A DNA stretch of 64,000 nt from Octopus vulgaris (Eukaryota): the NCBI GenBank assembly GCA_951406725.2, contig CATOCA020000001.1, positions 4,340,001 through 4,404,000 of the forward strand, in the 5' to 3' direction. Positions within the stretch are counted from its first letter, which is position 1; every line of letters begins with the position of its first letter. Of the stretch, positions 1 to 11,000 are shown one piece after another. The notes beneath the pieces were generated by a model. The model did no database searches. It saw only the letters and a program-made list of their open reading frames with translations, and was not told the DNA's origin. The position numbers and the translations under genes are program-made.

Positions 1-940
1 AAATTGGTAGAGGGGGAAAATTCTGAAGTTTGGTGTTTTTTTGTTGGCGCAAGTATCTATGTGTTGGCTAAAAGCTATTTTTCTGTTTTGGGGAATTTTT
101 ATCTGGGATCTGTGCAGGGCCATTCGTTTACGCAAACCATTTTTTGTTTGGCCTATGTACTGCTCTTGACACCCGGAGCAGGTTAGTGAGTATATTAGGT
201 TCTCCGAAGCACATGTGAAGTTGCTTTTCACTGTAAACCGTTGTCCCTGTTTGAAGGAGAACTCAGAACCCTCGATTAGATAGTCGCATATCCCGCAATT
301 GGGTCTTCCACATTTTTTTACTGTCGGCTTCTGTGTTGAAGAGTGAATTCGGGCTTGTGTTAGAAGACTTTTCATGGATCTAGGCTGTCTTTTGCTTTTT
401 ATGATCGTGTGTGTTTGGAGGATTGTGTTCATTCTGTGGTCTTTTTTTAGGAGGGGTATGTTGTGGAGGATGGTGCCGAAGGCTTCGTTATTGAGAGGGT
501 TGTGTGTGGAGATGTATGGTAAGGCTTTTGGTTGTAAGTTTTTCTTTGATTTGGGATGTCTCAGTTCCTTGATGTTAAGTTGAAGGGCACGTTGAATGCA
601 CTTGTCAATAAGTGAAGGTGGATAGTTCCTGGTGATAAGGGTATCTTTTAGTTCTTGTAGTCGTGTGTCTCTGGTGTTTGCGTTAGAGACTATAGTGCAT
701 ATCCTTTTTGCTAGATTGAAGGGGATATTCATCCTGGTGTGTCTGGGGTGGCATGAATTGAATGGAAGATATTGCTTAGAGTCTGTAGGTTTATAGTATA
801 TGTCTGTTTCTATTATATTATTAGCTTTCTTAATGAGGATATCGAGGAAGGGAAGTTGTTGCTGGCTATATTCCATCGTGAATTGGATGTTTACGTCCAG
901 CCCGTTTAAAATTTCCTGGAATTCTATGAGTTTTTCTATA
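1..940 (-). mobile_element. Penelope-like element ORF (RT C-terminus, linker and GIY-YIG endonuclease), 5'-truncated, running off the left window edge
   Basis: Manual minus-strand translation: NIQFTMEYSQQQLPFLDILI...ETDIYYKPTDSKQYLPFNSCHPRH (PLE RT thumb), then KCGRPNCGIC and NLIYSLTCSGCQEQYIGQT (GIY-YIG). Absent from the ORF track because its stop lies outside the window. Confidence 0.93.
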
Positions 941-1678
941 TTTTTATGCCAAAGATACAACCTCGAGACAACGAATAAGTAAAGAAAATCTCTTTATTAT
1001 AAAATACAGGCCACTTCTTAACGGGCCTACGACAAACAATTAATATAGCTCAACTTAAGAATAAAAGAAATATATATACACACACAAATATTACATTCCA
1101 TAGAATCCATTACTAATCGTCCCAAAACAGCTATATCTTCACCCATTCATATTCTCCCTTCTCTGTTTTTTTCTTCTTCTCCCTCTTCTTCTTCTTCTTC
1201 ATCATCATCGTTATCATCATCATCGTCGTCATCGTCATCACCACCATCATCATCGTCATCTTCTCCTTCTCCTTCTTCTTCTTCATCGTCATCATCATCG
1301 GCACCGTCATCATCTTCTTCTTCTTCTTCTACTTCTCCACCTTCTACCCCCACTAATGTCTTTAAGTATAACGCCTACGCAGCGACTACCGGTCGCCACT
1401 GACCAGCCCAGAGTTTCCCACTCCCACCCCCTCAAGAACTCACAACGACCTCGAATACACAAGTGCAAACAAGGGAGTCAGAGAAAGGCAGAATGCCACA
1501 TATATCTGAACACTACTATGGAAGTATTCCTTTAAAAAAACCTTTCTTCTAATTTTTCTAAATTTTTCAAAATTTAATTATTTAATCGTTACAGTTGAAA
1601 AGGTCTCAAAATGACCGAAACCGGTACTGAAAGATTCACTATAAAATCATCTTAGCATTTTCTATTTTTGACTTGTTT

Positions 1679-1690
<12 letters not shown>
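941..1690 (+). mobile_element. Inverted pseudo-LTR (pLTR) of the same Penelope-like element, with a trinucleotide-repeat tract and a minimal hammerhead motif
   Basis: The plus strand from ~942 reads FYAKDTTSRQRISKENLFIIKYRPLLNG*, the GIY-YIG C-terminal continuation of the ORF at the window edge (...IFPLYQF). An inverted pLTR at the 5' junction is typical of PLEs. Ends in (TA)n. Confidence 0.75.
1592..1629 (+). ncRNA. Minimal type I hammerhead ribozyme motif (U3-A8 variant) in the PLE pLTR
   Basis: CAG-TTGAAAA-GGTC(tcaaaat)GACC-GAAA-CCGG-TA-CTG: stem I CAG/CTG, stem II GGTC/GACC, palindromic ACCGGT stem III. Confidence 0.65.
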
Positions 1691-1719
<29 letters not shown>

Positions 1720-2189
1720 ATAGTAGTACAATCATGCACCAATATTTATTGGAAATAGCAGTTGATAGTATACGACGCTTCACTGTTCATATACACTAGC
1801 AAAATGTTATCGGGCGGCGAACATAAAAAATTTCATCTTACGTGTAGGAAGAACATTAAATTAATGTACAACCCAGATGTGAATAATCTAGGACCTAGGT
1901 TTCGAACTTTCCGAATTGCGTTTGTTAACGTAAATTTGATTAGTTCTCATCGGCAAGAGTTATCTGGATAAAATCTCAAATATCGCTACATCAATACCAG
2001 TATATACACGTCTGAAACGCCTGTCCGTTAACAGACTGAGAGCAGTGAAAAAGGTTTCAAAGAAAACATTATGAAACAGTGCAATACAGTAGTATTGCTT
2101 CCCAGTAAAACAAAACACCATCAGGTTAAAGTACAAATAAGATAGTGGTGCAACAATGCACCAATATTTACTGTTTGTTCTAAATTATA

Positions 2190-2390
2190 ACATATATATA
2201 TATACATACATACATACATACATACATACATGCCTATATACATACATGCATACATACATACATACATGCATACATACATACATACATACATATATACATA
2301 CATACATTCATTCATACATACATACATACATACATACATGCATACATACATACATACATACATGCCTATATACATACATACATGCATACA

Positions 2391-2423
<33 letters not shown>

Positions 2424-2424
2424 T

Positions 2425-2456
<32 letters not shown>

Positions 2457-2501
2457 CATGCATACATACATACATACATACATACATACATACATACATA
2501 C
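2190..2501. repeat. (CATA)n microsatellite
   Basis: Direct inspection. Confidence 0.95.
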
Positions 2502-3111
2502 AAGAAGATATTTTTTTAAGTGAGGAAAGGCCGTGCACTGAGTCAATCCCACTCACTAAACAACTGCAGCCATAATCCGAAAAGAAGAACAGGTCAACAT
2601 CATCGGTAACCACTGAGCCGCAGGATTTATGTCGGAGTTATCCCAGTTACCTAAGTTATCTTCTCCTAGAAGGATGCCCTAACAAAGGTTAGGAGTCCTT
2701 CACTCCCAATGGTTTAACCATGCGATCGGGTATTCAGTCCGATTATTTCTGTGTCCCCGCGCATGATACAGCCTTAAGACATTTATTGGATGGCTGTTGA
2801 CATACATAGTCATAGCTTAGTCATAGCAATACCTGATTTGGAACTTGATATTCATATGCTTTAGAAAACAAGTGTTATTGTAGTACACAGCATAAAAATA
2901 TAGTAAATGACGAGGGAACAAGAATTTATGTTATGAACTTAATTAATTACGCACCCGCCCCCACAAACACACACACAAAATTACCAAGATCTTTCGGAGA
3001 GTAGCATTCATCTTTCAAACTCTGTATTTCCTTTCTTACATTTCTTTTTTTTTCTCCATATTTTCGTCAACGGTGATCTTTTCCATATATACAAATGCTT
3101 TGCAAAATGGA

Positions 3112-3343
3112 AGGCGGAGATCTGGCAGAAACGTTAGCACGCCGGACGAAATGCTTAGCGGTATTTCGTCTGCCGTTACGTTCTGAGTTCAAATTCCGTC
3201 GAGGTCGACTTTGCCTTTCATCCTCTCGGAGTCGATAAATTAAGTACCAGTTGCGCACTGGGGTCGATATAATCGACTTAATCCTTTTGTCTGTCTTTGT
3301 TTGTCCCCTCTATGTTTAGCCCCTTGTGGGTAATAAAGAAATA
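3112..3343 (+). mobile_element. tRNA-derived SINE family A (representative copy). Others at ~5090-5320(-), 11430-11845(+), 12140-12372(+), 17545-17955(-), 19333-19561(-), 21585-21810(-), 29475-29700(-), 30810-31215(+), 34445-34935(+), 39342-39635(+), 41808-42208(+), 52075-52293(+)
   Basis: A-box-like TGGCAGAAACG and B-box-like GAGTTCAAATTCC; central GTCGACTTTGCCTTTCATCC...GTCGATAAA..AGTACCAG (resembles the Meta-SINE central domain, from memory); tail GCCCCTTGTGGGTA.TAAAGAAATA; 16-17 bp TSDs (e.g. AAATGCTTTGCAAAATG here). Confidence 0.9.
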
Positions 3344-3544
3344 TATAAATGCTTTGCAAAATGAAATACACTTCATTTCTTCAACTCCGACATAGCTATA
3401 AGGTGATACACAAGCACTCAACTATGAATGCAATGCATCCTACAGCAGAAACAACAGTAAGCTTCTACTGCCTTGCATCATTAGTTTTCTCCTTGCATCC
3501 TACATTCTATTCCCTTTATACAATGCTCGTCTCTTTTGTATGTA

Positions 3545-4823
3545 TTGGGTCTGCAACTAAGTTCCCGCCGTTTTTTTAAATTTTGGGATTTATTGCGTTT
3601 TTAAATTTTGGAATCTATTATTTTCGAGAATGCTATTTTTGAATCATTTTGGAATCTATTTTGCTTTTTTTTTTTCTAGTTAATTTTAGTTAATTTTTGT
3701 TTATTTTCAGATCGTTAATGAAAGACGAGCATTTTCGTCACTTCCTTCTTTTTGCTTTTAATCAAGGCTATAAGGCCGCAAAAGCTGCTCGCGACATTTG
3801 TGCTGAGTATGGAGAGGGTGCCATAGCTGAAAGATGAAAGAACCGCTCGTATGCCAAGTTCAAAGATGGAAATTTTGACCTCAAAGACGCACCTTGTTCT
3901 GGCCGTCCAGTTGAGTTCGATGAAGAGCGATTAAACCAACTTTTGCAGGAAAATTCTCGTCAAACGACAAGGGAACTGGCAGAGAAAATGGAATGCTCCA
4001 CACTGCTATAAAGAAGCATCTTCACTCGATGGGAAAGGTTCAGAAGTATGGGGCATGGGTTCCGCATGCTTTAAGTGACAATAAAAATCAACGAGCCACA
4101 ATCTCCACTGGTTTTCTTGCTCGTCACCACTCAACTCATGGATACAAGCAACGATTTCTTTACCGGATCGTTACTGGCGACGAAAAATGGTGCCTGTACA
4201 TCAATATGAAGCAGCGTAAGGAATGGCTTAGCCCCGGTAAACAAGCGACACCGCGCGTGAAACAAGATCTTCATCCGCGTAAAACGATCTTGTACGTATG
4301 GTGGGACTGGGAAGGGATTATCCATCACGAATTGCTTGAACGGAACCAAACGGTCAACGCGGAACTCTATGTTCAAGAGATGGAACGACTCAACACGGCT
4401 ATTCAAGAGAAAAGACCTAATCGGCAGCATGGAGTTCTTCTGCTGCACGACAACGCCCGCCCTCATATCGCCAATATGACCAAGGAAGTCATTCAAACAC
4501 ATGGCTGTAAAGTGCTGCCACACCCGCCGTACTCTCCTGATTTGGCACAGACGGATTTCCACCTCTTTCGATCTCTTTCAAGTGATATGCGCGGAGTTTC
4601 GTTCAATACTGATGCAGAATTGAGAGCTTGGTTGGATCAATTTTTCGAGTCGAAATCGGATGATTTCTACCAACGAGGTATTGAAAATCTTGTTGAACGT
4701 TGGGAATAAGTTATAAACAACACGGATGGAATATATTATTGAATAATTGGTTGTTATTTTTTATTAAACTTTTTAAAAAATGTAAAATTTTAAAAAACGG
4801 CGAGAACTTAGTTGCCAACCCAA
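3545..4823 (+). mobile_element. Full-length mariner (DD34D-type) DNA transposon with a frameshifted transposase
   Basis: TA TSDs at 3543-44 and 4824-25; TIRs TTGGGTCTGCAACTAAGTTCCCGCCGTTTTT / AAAAACGGCGAGAACTTAGTTGCCAACCCAA; ~1.28 kb. Confidence 0.95.
3718..4709 (+). pseudogene. Mariner transposase, disrupted in the N-terminal HTH region
   Basis: Motifs WVPHAL, IVTGDEKW, LLHDNARPH and HPPYSPDLAQTDFHLF in ORF 3993-4709; the N-terminus is in other frames with a stop. Confidence 0.9.
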
Positions 4824-5629
4824 TACATATAAGACGCAGACACATATCGTGTACCTGTAATTCAAAAGAGCCAACCATGCCATATTCTATTGAAACGCAT
4901 TTTCTTACTGCTCTACTACTTCTTGTTTCTGAACTTGACGGGAAATACTAAAATACGGGCTAGGCTCAATACATTTTGCTTTTGGAAAGAATAGGAAAAG
5001 CAGAAATTTGAAAAGTAATAGGAATTCATTTGTAAAAAATATTTTGGTTGAAGTAAAATATTTTCTTTTTATTCTTCTTGTTTATTCTTATTTCTTTATT
5101 CCCTACACGGGGCTAAACATAGAGAGGACACACAAGGACAGACAAACGGATTAAGTCGATTATATCGACCCCAGTGCGTAACTGGTACTTAATTTATCGA
5201 TCCCGAAAGGATTAAAGGCAAAGACAACCTCGGCGGAATTTGAACTCAGAACGTAACGGCAGACGAAATACGGTTACGCATTTCGCCCGGCGTGCTAACG
5301 TTTCTGCCAGCTCGCCGCCTTTGATAGAAAATTGAAATGTCGAACAACATTGAATAAAGCAGTTAAAAAATATAACCTACCAAGGAACATACAGTAACCA
5401 CTGTGAAATTCGAACCAACTTGTCTGCTGGCTACCTTGTACAAAATAAAGAAAATGTCGTTTGTCAGATTTTTAAATTCTCTCTCTACCCTTCCACCTCT
5501 TACCGCCACTCATTCATCTACTGTTATTTCTGTTTATTGGAAGAGGAAATTTGTAGTTGTGATTGGTTATGTCTATAAATTAGACACACTTCTGTCTCTC
5601 TTGTGAATTCTCATCATTTGCAACACCAC

Positions 5630-7565
5630 ACAGCTGCCAATGCCAGTCTTCATTGAGTGTGTTGGTTAGTTATTTTGTATGTGAAAAATTTGAGAAAAAA
5701 AAACTGTTAAAAAATTGTCAAAAATTGAATCGCGCGAGGCATCTGCCGCTGCGTGTTTGAACCTTTTATAGAAGGTGTGTCGACCCTCTAGTCATGGAGA
5801 CTTACGCGGGGGTCGCCACAACAAAAAGTGACGAGTCTCTTAGAATAAGAGAAGTGTTCTTTAGAGAAGAACAATTGAAGGAATACGAGAAGTTCGTCAA
5901 AAGGGAGGGTGACAGCGTGAAGCTGGTCCCGCCTGTTGAAACAATAGAGGAGAGAAATAACAAGATGATAACGTATAGAACGCAAGATAGAAACACGAGA
6001 AAACTGGTGAGAGTGACGATTGAAGAAATAGAGAAATGTCTGGGGGACATCATGAAAAAAGCGACTTTTGTAGACAGAGGAAAGAAATATGGTACGGTGG
6101 AGGTGAGATGCGCAACAAAGGAAGTGGCGGCCTCATTAGCTTCCACTGTCCTGAAAGCCGAAAATTTCACTATGTGGCCGACGTATAAAGGAAGACGAGG
6201 GGTACGGGTAAGAGTCCCAAAGGTGCCCCCAGAAATTAAAACAGAAATGCTGGTAACAGCCATTATTGGGGCAGCAAAGGAGGAAGTAGAAATAGGGTCA
6301 ATCAAGGAGACGAACGTTGTAAATTGGAAGGGATTCGGAGTAGAGTTGTGGCTGATGGCCACAATGGAAGACATCGAAAGGTTTCCCTTCCAAATAGAAA
6401 TAGAAAACGAGAAAACAATTAGTGTAATAGTGGAGGGCAGAAAACCGAATTGCTACCTGTGCGGATCAAGAGGGCACATAAAAAAGGAATGTCCGCTGTA
6501 TGAATTCACAGCGGAGCAAAAAGAGACACAAAGTGGAGAGAAGGAAAACGAACACGAAGGAAAGAACAGCGAAAACAAGGAAAAGGAAATAACGGAGAAA
6601 CAACAAGAGAAGGGAAGTAACAGCGCACTGAAGGAAAATGAAAACAAAGGGAAGAAGATAGTAGAAAAGGAGCAAAATTCACAGGGTGCAGAAGTAGTGG
6701 AGAAGGAGCTAAGGCAGAAGCAAGAGAAAGAAAAGGAAAGTACATTAAAGGAAAGAGAAAAAGCAGGAAAAGAACAAGAGAAGGAACAGAACCAAGAGAA
6801 AGGAAAAGATGGTATGCAAAAAGGAAAAGAAACAACAGGAAAGGAACATAAGGCACAGGGTAGAGAGACGACAGACAAAGAGCCAAAAAGACAAGAGAAG
6901 GAAAAAGAAAGAAGAGAAAGCAAAAAGAGAGAAAGAGAGAAACCGAGGGAGGAGAAAAAAGAGGAAGTAAGTCCTAAGAGAAAAACTAGAGAAAACGTAG
7001 GTACGAATAGAAAATTCAAATACTATGGAACGTTGATCCATCACAGGCACTGTGAGGAGATGGAAGATTTAATAAACGTAACAAATGGATATACGTGGGT
7101 CAGGATGGGCACCGAATGGAAAGAAACAGGTGCACTCGTCCACGAGAACGACGCTGAGGCGTTCATCGAGGCAGCTGGCAAGAACGTGTCAAAACATATG
7201 AAATGCCGACTTACAAGGTGGCCACGAACGATGGAAATTTACCAAGATTTGGTAGAGATAATGGAGTTTATATAAAAGAAAAGGTATTGTGAAAACTTTA
7301 ATTTGGAAATGATAAAAAGAACTTTAAATTCTGAAAAAAAATGTTGAATTTTGTAAAATTTTTGAAATGTATGTTGAAAATGTGTAAAATGTTTTTATTT
7401 GGAAAATATTGTTGACGTAATAAAAAAAAATGACGAAATGTAACCGCTCGATTTCGGGGATCGAGTGGGCATTACACCACATTGTACAAACTTCATAATT
7501 CATTATTTATTTTCCCGATTGTATTGTCCCCTCTATGTTGGCCCCTTGTGGGTAATAATAAAATA
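5630..7565 (+). mobile_element. ORF1-only non-LTR retroelement, unit 1 of a head-to-tail array
   Basis: Bounded by the 17-bp direct repeat ATCATTTGCAACACCAC (5613, 7566); single ORF; the 3' end matches the SINE A tail. Confidence 0.8.
5794..7275 (+). CDS. L1/Tx1-like ORF1 (gag-like) protein, 493 aa: RRM-like region, CCHC zinc knuckle, K/E-rich linker, unknown C-terminal domain
   Basis: Intact ORF; VIVEGRKPNCYLCGSRGHIKKEC = CX2CX4HX4C; no RT follows. Confidence 0.8.
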   Translation: METYAGVATTKSDESLRIREVFFREEQLKEYEKFVKREGDSVKLVPPVETIEERNNKMITYRTQDRNTRKLVRVTIEEIEKCLGDIMKKATFVDRGKKYGTVEVRCATKEVAASLASTVLKAENFTMWPTYKGRRGVRVRVPKVPPEIKTEMLVTAIIGAAKEEVEIGSIKETNVVNWKGFGVELWLMATMEDIERFPFQIEIENEKTISVIVEGRKPNCYLCGSRGHIKKECPLYEFTAEQKETQSGEKENEHEGKNSENKEKEITEKQQEKGSNSALKENENKGKKIVEKEQNSQGAEVVEKELRQKQEKEKESTLKEREKAGKEQEKEQNQEKGKDGMQKGKETTGKEHKAQGRETTDKEPKRQEKEKERRESKKREREKPREEKKEEVSPKRKTRENVGTNRKFKYYGTLIHHRHCEEMEDLINVTNGYTWVRMGTEWKETGALVHENDAEAFIEAAGKNVSKHMKCRLTRWPRTMEIYQDLVEIMEFI

Positions 7566-7582
7566 ATCATTTGCAACACCAC

Positions 7583-9504
7583 ACAGCTGCCAATGCCAGT
7601 CTTCATTGAGTGTGTTGGTTAGTTATTTTGTATGTGAAAAATTTGAGAAAAAAAACTGTTAAAAATTGTCAAAAAATTGAATCGCGCGAGGCGTTTGCCG
7701 CTGCATGTTTGAACCTTTTATAGAAGGTGTGTTGACCCTCTAGTCATGGAGACTTACGCGGGGGTCGCCACAACAAAAAGTGACGAGTCACTTAGAATAA
7801 AAGAAGTGTTCTTTAGAAAAGAACAATTGAAGGAACACGAGAAGTTCGTCAAAAGGGAGGGTGACAGCGTGAAGCTGGTCCCGCCTGTTGAAACAATAGA
7901 GGAGAGAAATAACAAGATGATAACGTATAGAACGCAAGATAGAAACACGAGAAAACTGGTGAGAGTGACGATTGAAGAAATAGAGAAATGTCTGGGGGAC
8001 ATCATGAAAAAAGCGACTTTTGTAGACAGAGGAAAGAAATATGGTACGGTGGAGGTGAGATGCGCAACAAAGGAAGTGGCGGCCTCATTAGCTTCCACTG
8101 TCCTGAAAGCCGAAAATTTCACTATGTGGCCGACGTATAAAGGAAGACGAGGGGTACGGGTAAGAGTCCCAAAGGTGCCCCCAGAAATTAAAACAGAAAT
8201 GCTGGTAACAGCCATTATTGGGGCAGCAAAGGAGGAAGTAGAAATAGGGTCAATCAAGGAGACGAACGTTGTAAATTGGAAGGGATTCGGAGTAGAGTTG
8301 TGGCTGATGGCCACAATGGAAGACATCGAAAGGTTTCCCTTCCAAATAGAAATAGAAAACGAGAAAACAATTAGTGTAATAGTGGAGGGCAGAAAACCGA
8401 ATTGCTACCTGTGCGGATCAAGAGGGCACATAAAAAGGAATGTCCGCTGTATGAATTCACAGCGGAGCAAAAAGAGACACAAAGTGGAGAGAAGGAAAAC
8501 GAACACGAAGGAAAGAACAGCGAAAACAAGGAAAAGGAAATAACGGAGAAACAACAAGAGAAGGGAAGTAACAGCGCACTGAAGGAAAATGAAAACAAAG
8601 GGAAGAAGATAGTAGAAAAGGAGCAAAATTCACAGGGTGCAGAAGTAGTGGAGAAGGAGCTAAGGCAGAAGCAAGAGAAAGAAAAGGAAAGTACATTAAA
8701 GGAAAGAGAAAAAGCAGGAAAAGAACAAGAGAAGGAACAGAACCAAGAGAAAGGAAAAGATGGTATGCAAAAAGGAAAAGAAACAACAGGAAAGGAACAT
8801 AAGGCACAGGGTAGAGAGACGACAGACAAAGAGCCAAAAAGACAAGAGAAGGAAAAAGAAAGAAGAGAAAGCAAAAAGAGAGAAAGAGAGAAACCGAGGG
8901 AGGAGAAAAAAGAGGAAGTAAGTCCTAAGAGAAAAACTAGAGAAAACGTAGGTACGAATAGAAAATTCAAATACTATGGAACGTTGATCCATCACAGGCA
9001 CTGTGAGGAGATGGAAGATTTAATAAACGTAACAAATGGATATACGTGGGTCAGGATGGGCACCGAATGGAAAGAAACAGGTGCACTCGTCCACGAGAAC
9101 GACGCTGAGGCGTTCATCGAGGCAGCTGGCAAGAACGTGTCAAAACATATGAAATGCCGACTTACAAGGTGGCCACGAACGATGGAAATTTACCAAGATT
9201 TGGTAGAGATAATGGAGTTTATATAAAAGAAAAGGTATTGTGAAAACTTTAATTTGGAAATGATAAAAAGAACTTTAAATTCTGAAAAAAAAATGTTGAA
9301 TTTTGTAAAATTTTTGAAATGTATGTTGAAAATGTGTAAAATGTTTTTATTTGGAAAATATTGTTGACGTAATAAAAAAAAATGACGAAATGTAACCGCT
9401 CGATTTCGGGGATCGAGTGGGCATTACACCACATTATACAAACTTCATAATTCATTATTTATTTTTCCCGATTGTATTGGCCCCTTGTGGGTAATAATAA
9501 AATA
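7583..9504 (+). mobile_element. ORF1-only retroelement, unit 2 (near-identical to unit 1; ORF 7746-9226 broken by a 1-nt deletion in an A-run at ~8431)
   Basis: Direct alignment to unit 1; ORFs 7746-8543 and 8402-9226 together reproduce the 493-aa protein. Confidence 0.85.
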
Positions 9505-9528
9505 ATCATTTGCAACACCACTAACAAT

Positions 9529-11000
9529 CCAGTCTTCATTGAGTGTGTAGTGAGTCATTATATTTTCCTCTGTTATATTCTACTGTGTTTCTGATTGACT
9601 TTGTCTGTATTGTCTGTTGCTGTACAATTATTGTAATCAGCCTTCGTGCGAGGGCTTCGTGTTCCCCCCTCCGTGGGGGAAAAACTATCATTATTGCTGC
9701 ATTTGAGGCTTGCAAAATCAAAAGCTTTTTGTCGCGGTTGTGCTAAAGGCTTGTTAAGCCAGTTTTCGGAGATGGACTCCCCCATCTCCTATTCACCCAT
9801 GTCAAGTGATGCAGGATCACCGGCGGTGTCGCCGAAGAAAAAAGAAACCCCCAGCACCAGCTAGAAAATTTTCTGAAGTAGCTGGAAAGAAAATTTAAAA
9901 AATTAACACTGAAAACCTGCAGAAATACGCAGACTGTTTGATAAAAGAGGGCACAGGAGTAACGGTGGTTACGAATGCCCAAAAGCAAGAAGAGATTGAT
10001 AAAAAAAGAATAATATACAAGACTTTCAACATCACAAGTAAGTCTATACAAAGAATAGAGGAGAAAAAAATAGAAAACTGCCTAAAGCCGATATGGGATA
10101 AGATTACGTACATCAATCGCGGGAAGAAATACGGCACAGTGGAAGTGAGATTTGAAACGGAGGAAGTAGCCAAAAAGCTATCCATGGAACCCATGAAAGC
10201 GGAGAATATTGTTCTCCTCCCCCTGTATAGAGGCAAAAGAACCTTAACAATGGACAATATTCCGCCAGAAGCGGACGCCACATGTCTGGTGGCAGCAGTT
10301 ATGGTAGGCCTGGAGGAAAAAATAAACATCCTCCTGGCCACAGTAGAGGAGGAAGAAAATTGGAAAGGGCAGCGTATAACGATAGCCATCCAGACAGAGA
10401 TACAAACCCTGGAAGAGATTCCGGAGACACTGAAAATCAGTGAGGAGGAAAGAGTCAGTCTTTGTAGAGGGCAGAAAGCCGAGGTGCTTCGGCTGCGGTA
10501 AGAAAGGGCATGTAAGGGCAGAATGCCAACCCAAACCGCAGGAAGCAGCTCAGTCAGGTGGAAGAACAGAAGAGGTGTCACCAGAAGCAGCGCCGGGCGG
10601 CCCAGAAGGGACGGCTGAAGGTGTGTAGGTGACAGAGGCAGCGGAACCGGCGGCGAAGGTAGCGGAGGAAACAAAGAGCGAGGAAACGTAAAATGAGGAG
10701 GGGTGGTCAAAAATCACAAGGAAAAAAAGAAAAACTGAAACCACCCCTCCGAAAGTAAACCAAAAGAAAAAAAGAGTCTTTGGACTCATTTATGGCCATT
10801 AAGGTCTCAAATAATAGACTCGGTAATGTGTTTGCAGCTATGGCCAAGGTAGAAAAAATTGGAAGAAAAAATGATTACATATTGTATAGAACAAGGGGAG
10901 CGACCCCTCATACCCACTCCAAGAAACGTGTTTCAAATTGGCGCACCTTGGCAATTTTTTTTTTTTTACTTTTTAGTTACCTATATTAAGTTTCGTACAT
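9529..11000 (+). pseudogene. Diverged, degraded paralogous ORF1 element (third member of the array)
   Basis: Shares the 5' motif CCAGTCTTCATTGAGTGTG; protein fragments INRGKKYGTVEVRF and VFVEGRKPRCFGCGKKGHVRAEC; several stops and frameshifts. Confidence 0.8.

Noticed and set aside
1131-1353. Acidic D/E-rich ORFs
   Set aside because: Translations of TCA/CTT trinucleotide repeats inside a PLE pLTR; no splice or domain support.
2121-2613. HTYI/MYVC-type ORFs here and at 24-25, 35, 41-43, 51 and 57-63 kb
   Set aside because: Microsatellite translation artefacts.
2520-2790. Segment resembling an RTE 5' UTR that might hold an HDV-like ribozyme
   Set aside because: I could not build the nested double pseudoknot by eye; needs a covariance-model search.
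3067-3258. Recurrent ORFs MRNWYL...KDERQSRPRRNLNSE
   Set aside because: Antisense translations of SINE A, not a gene family.
5802-7050. Long antisense ORFs over the ORF1 units and LTR pol genes
   Set aside because: Shadow frames of the real sense-strand coding sequences.
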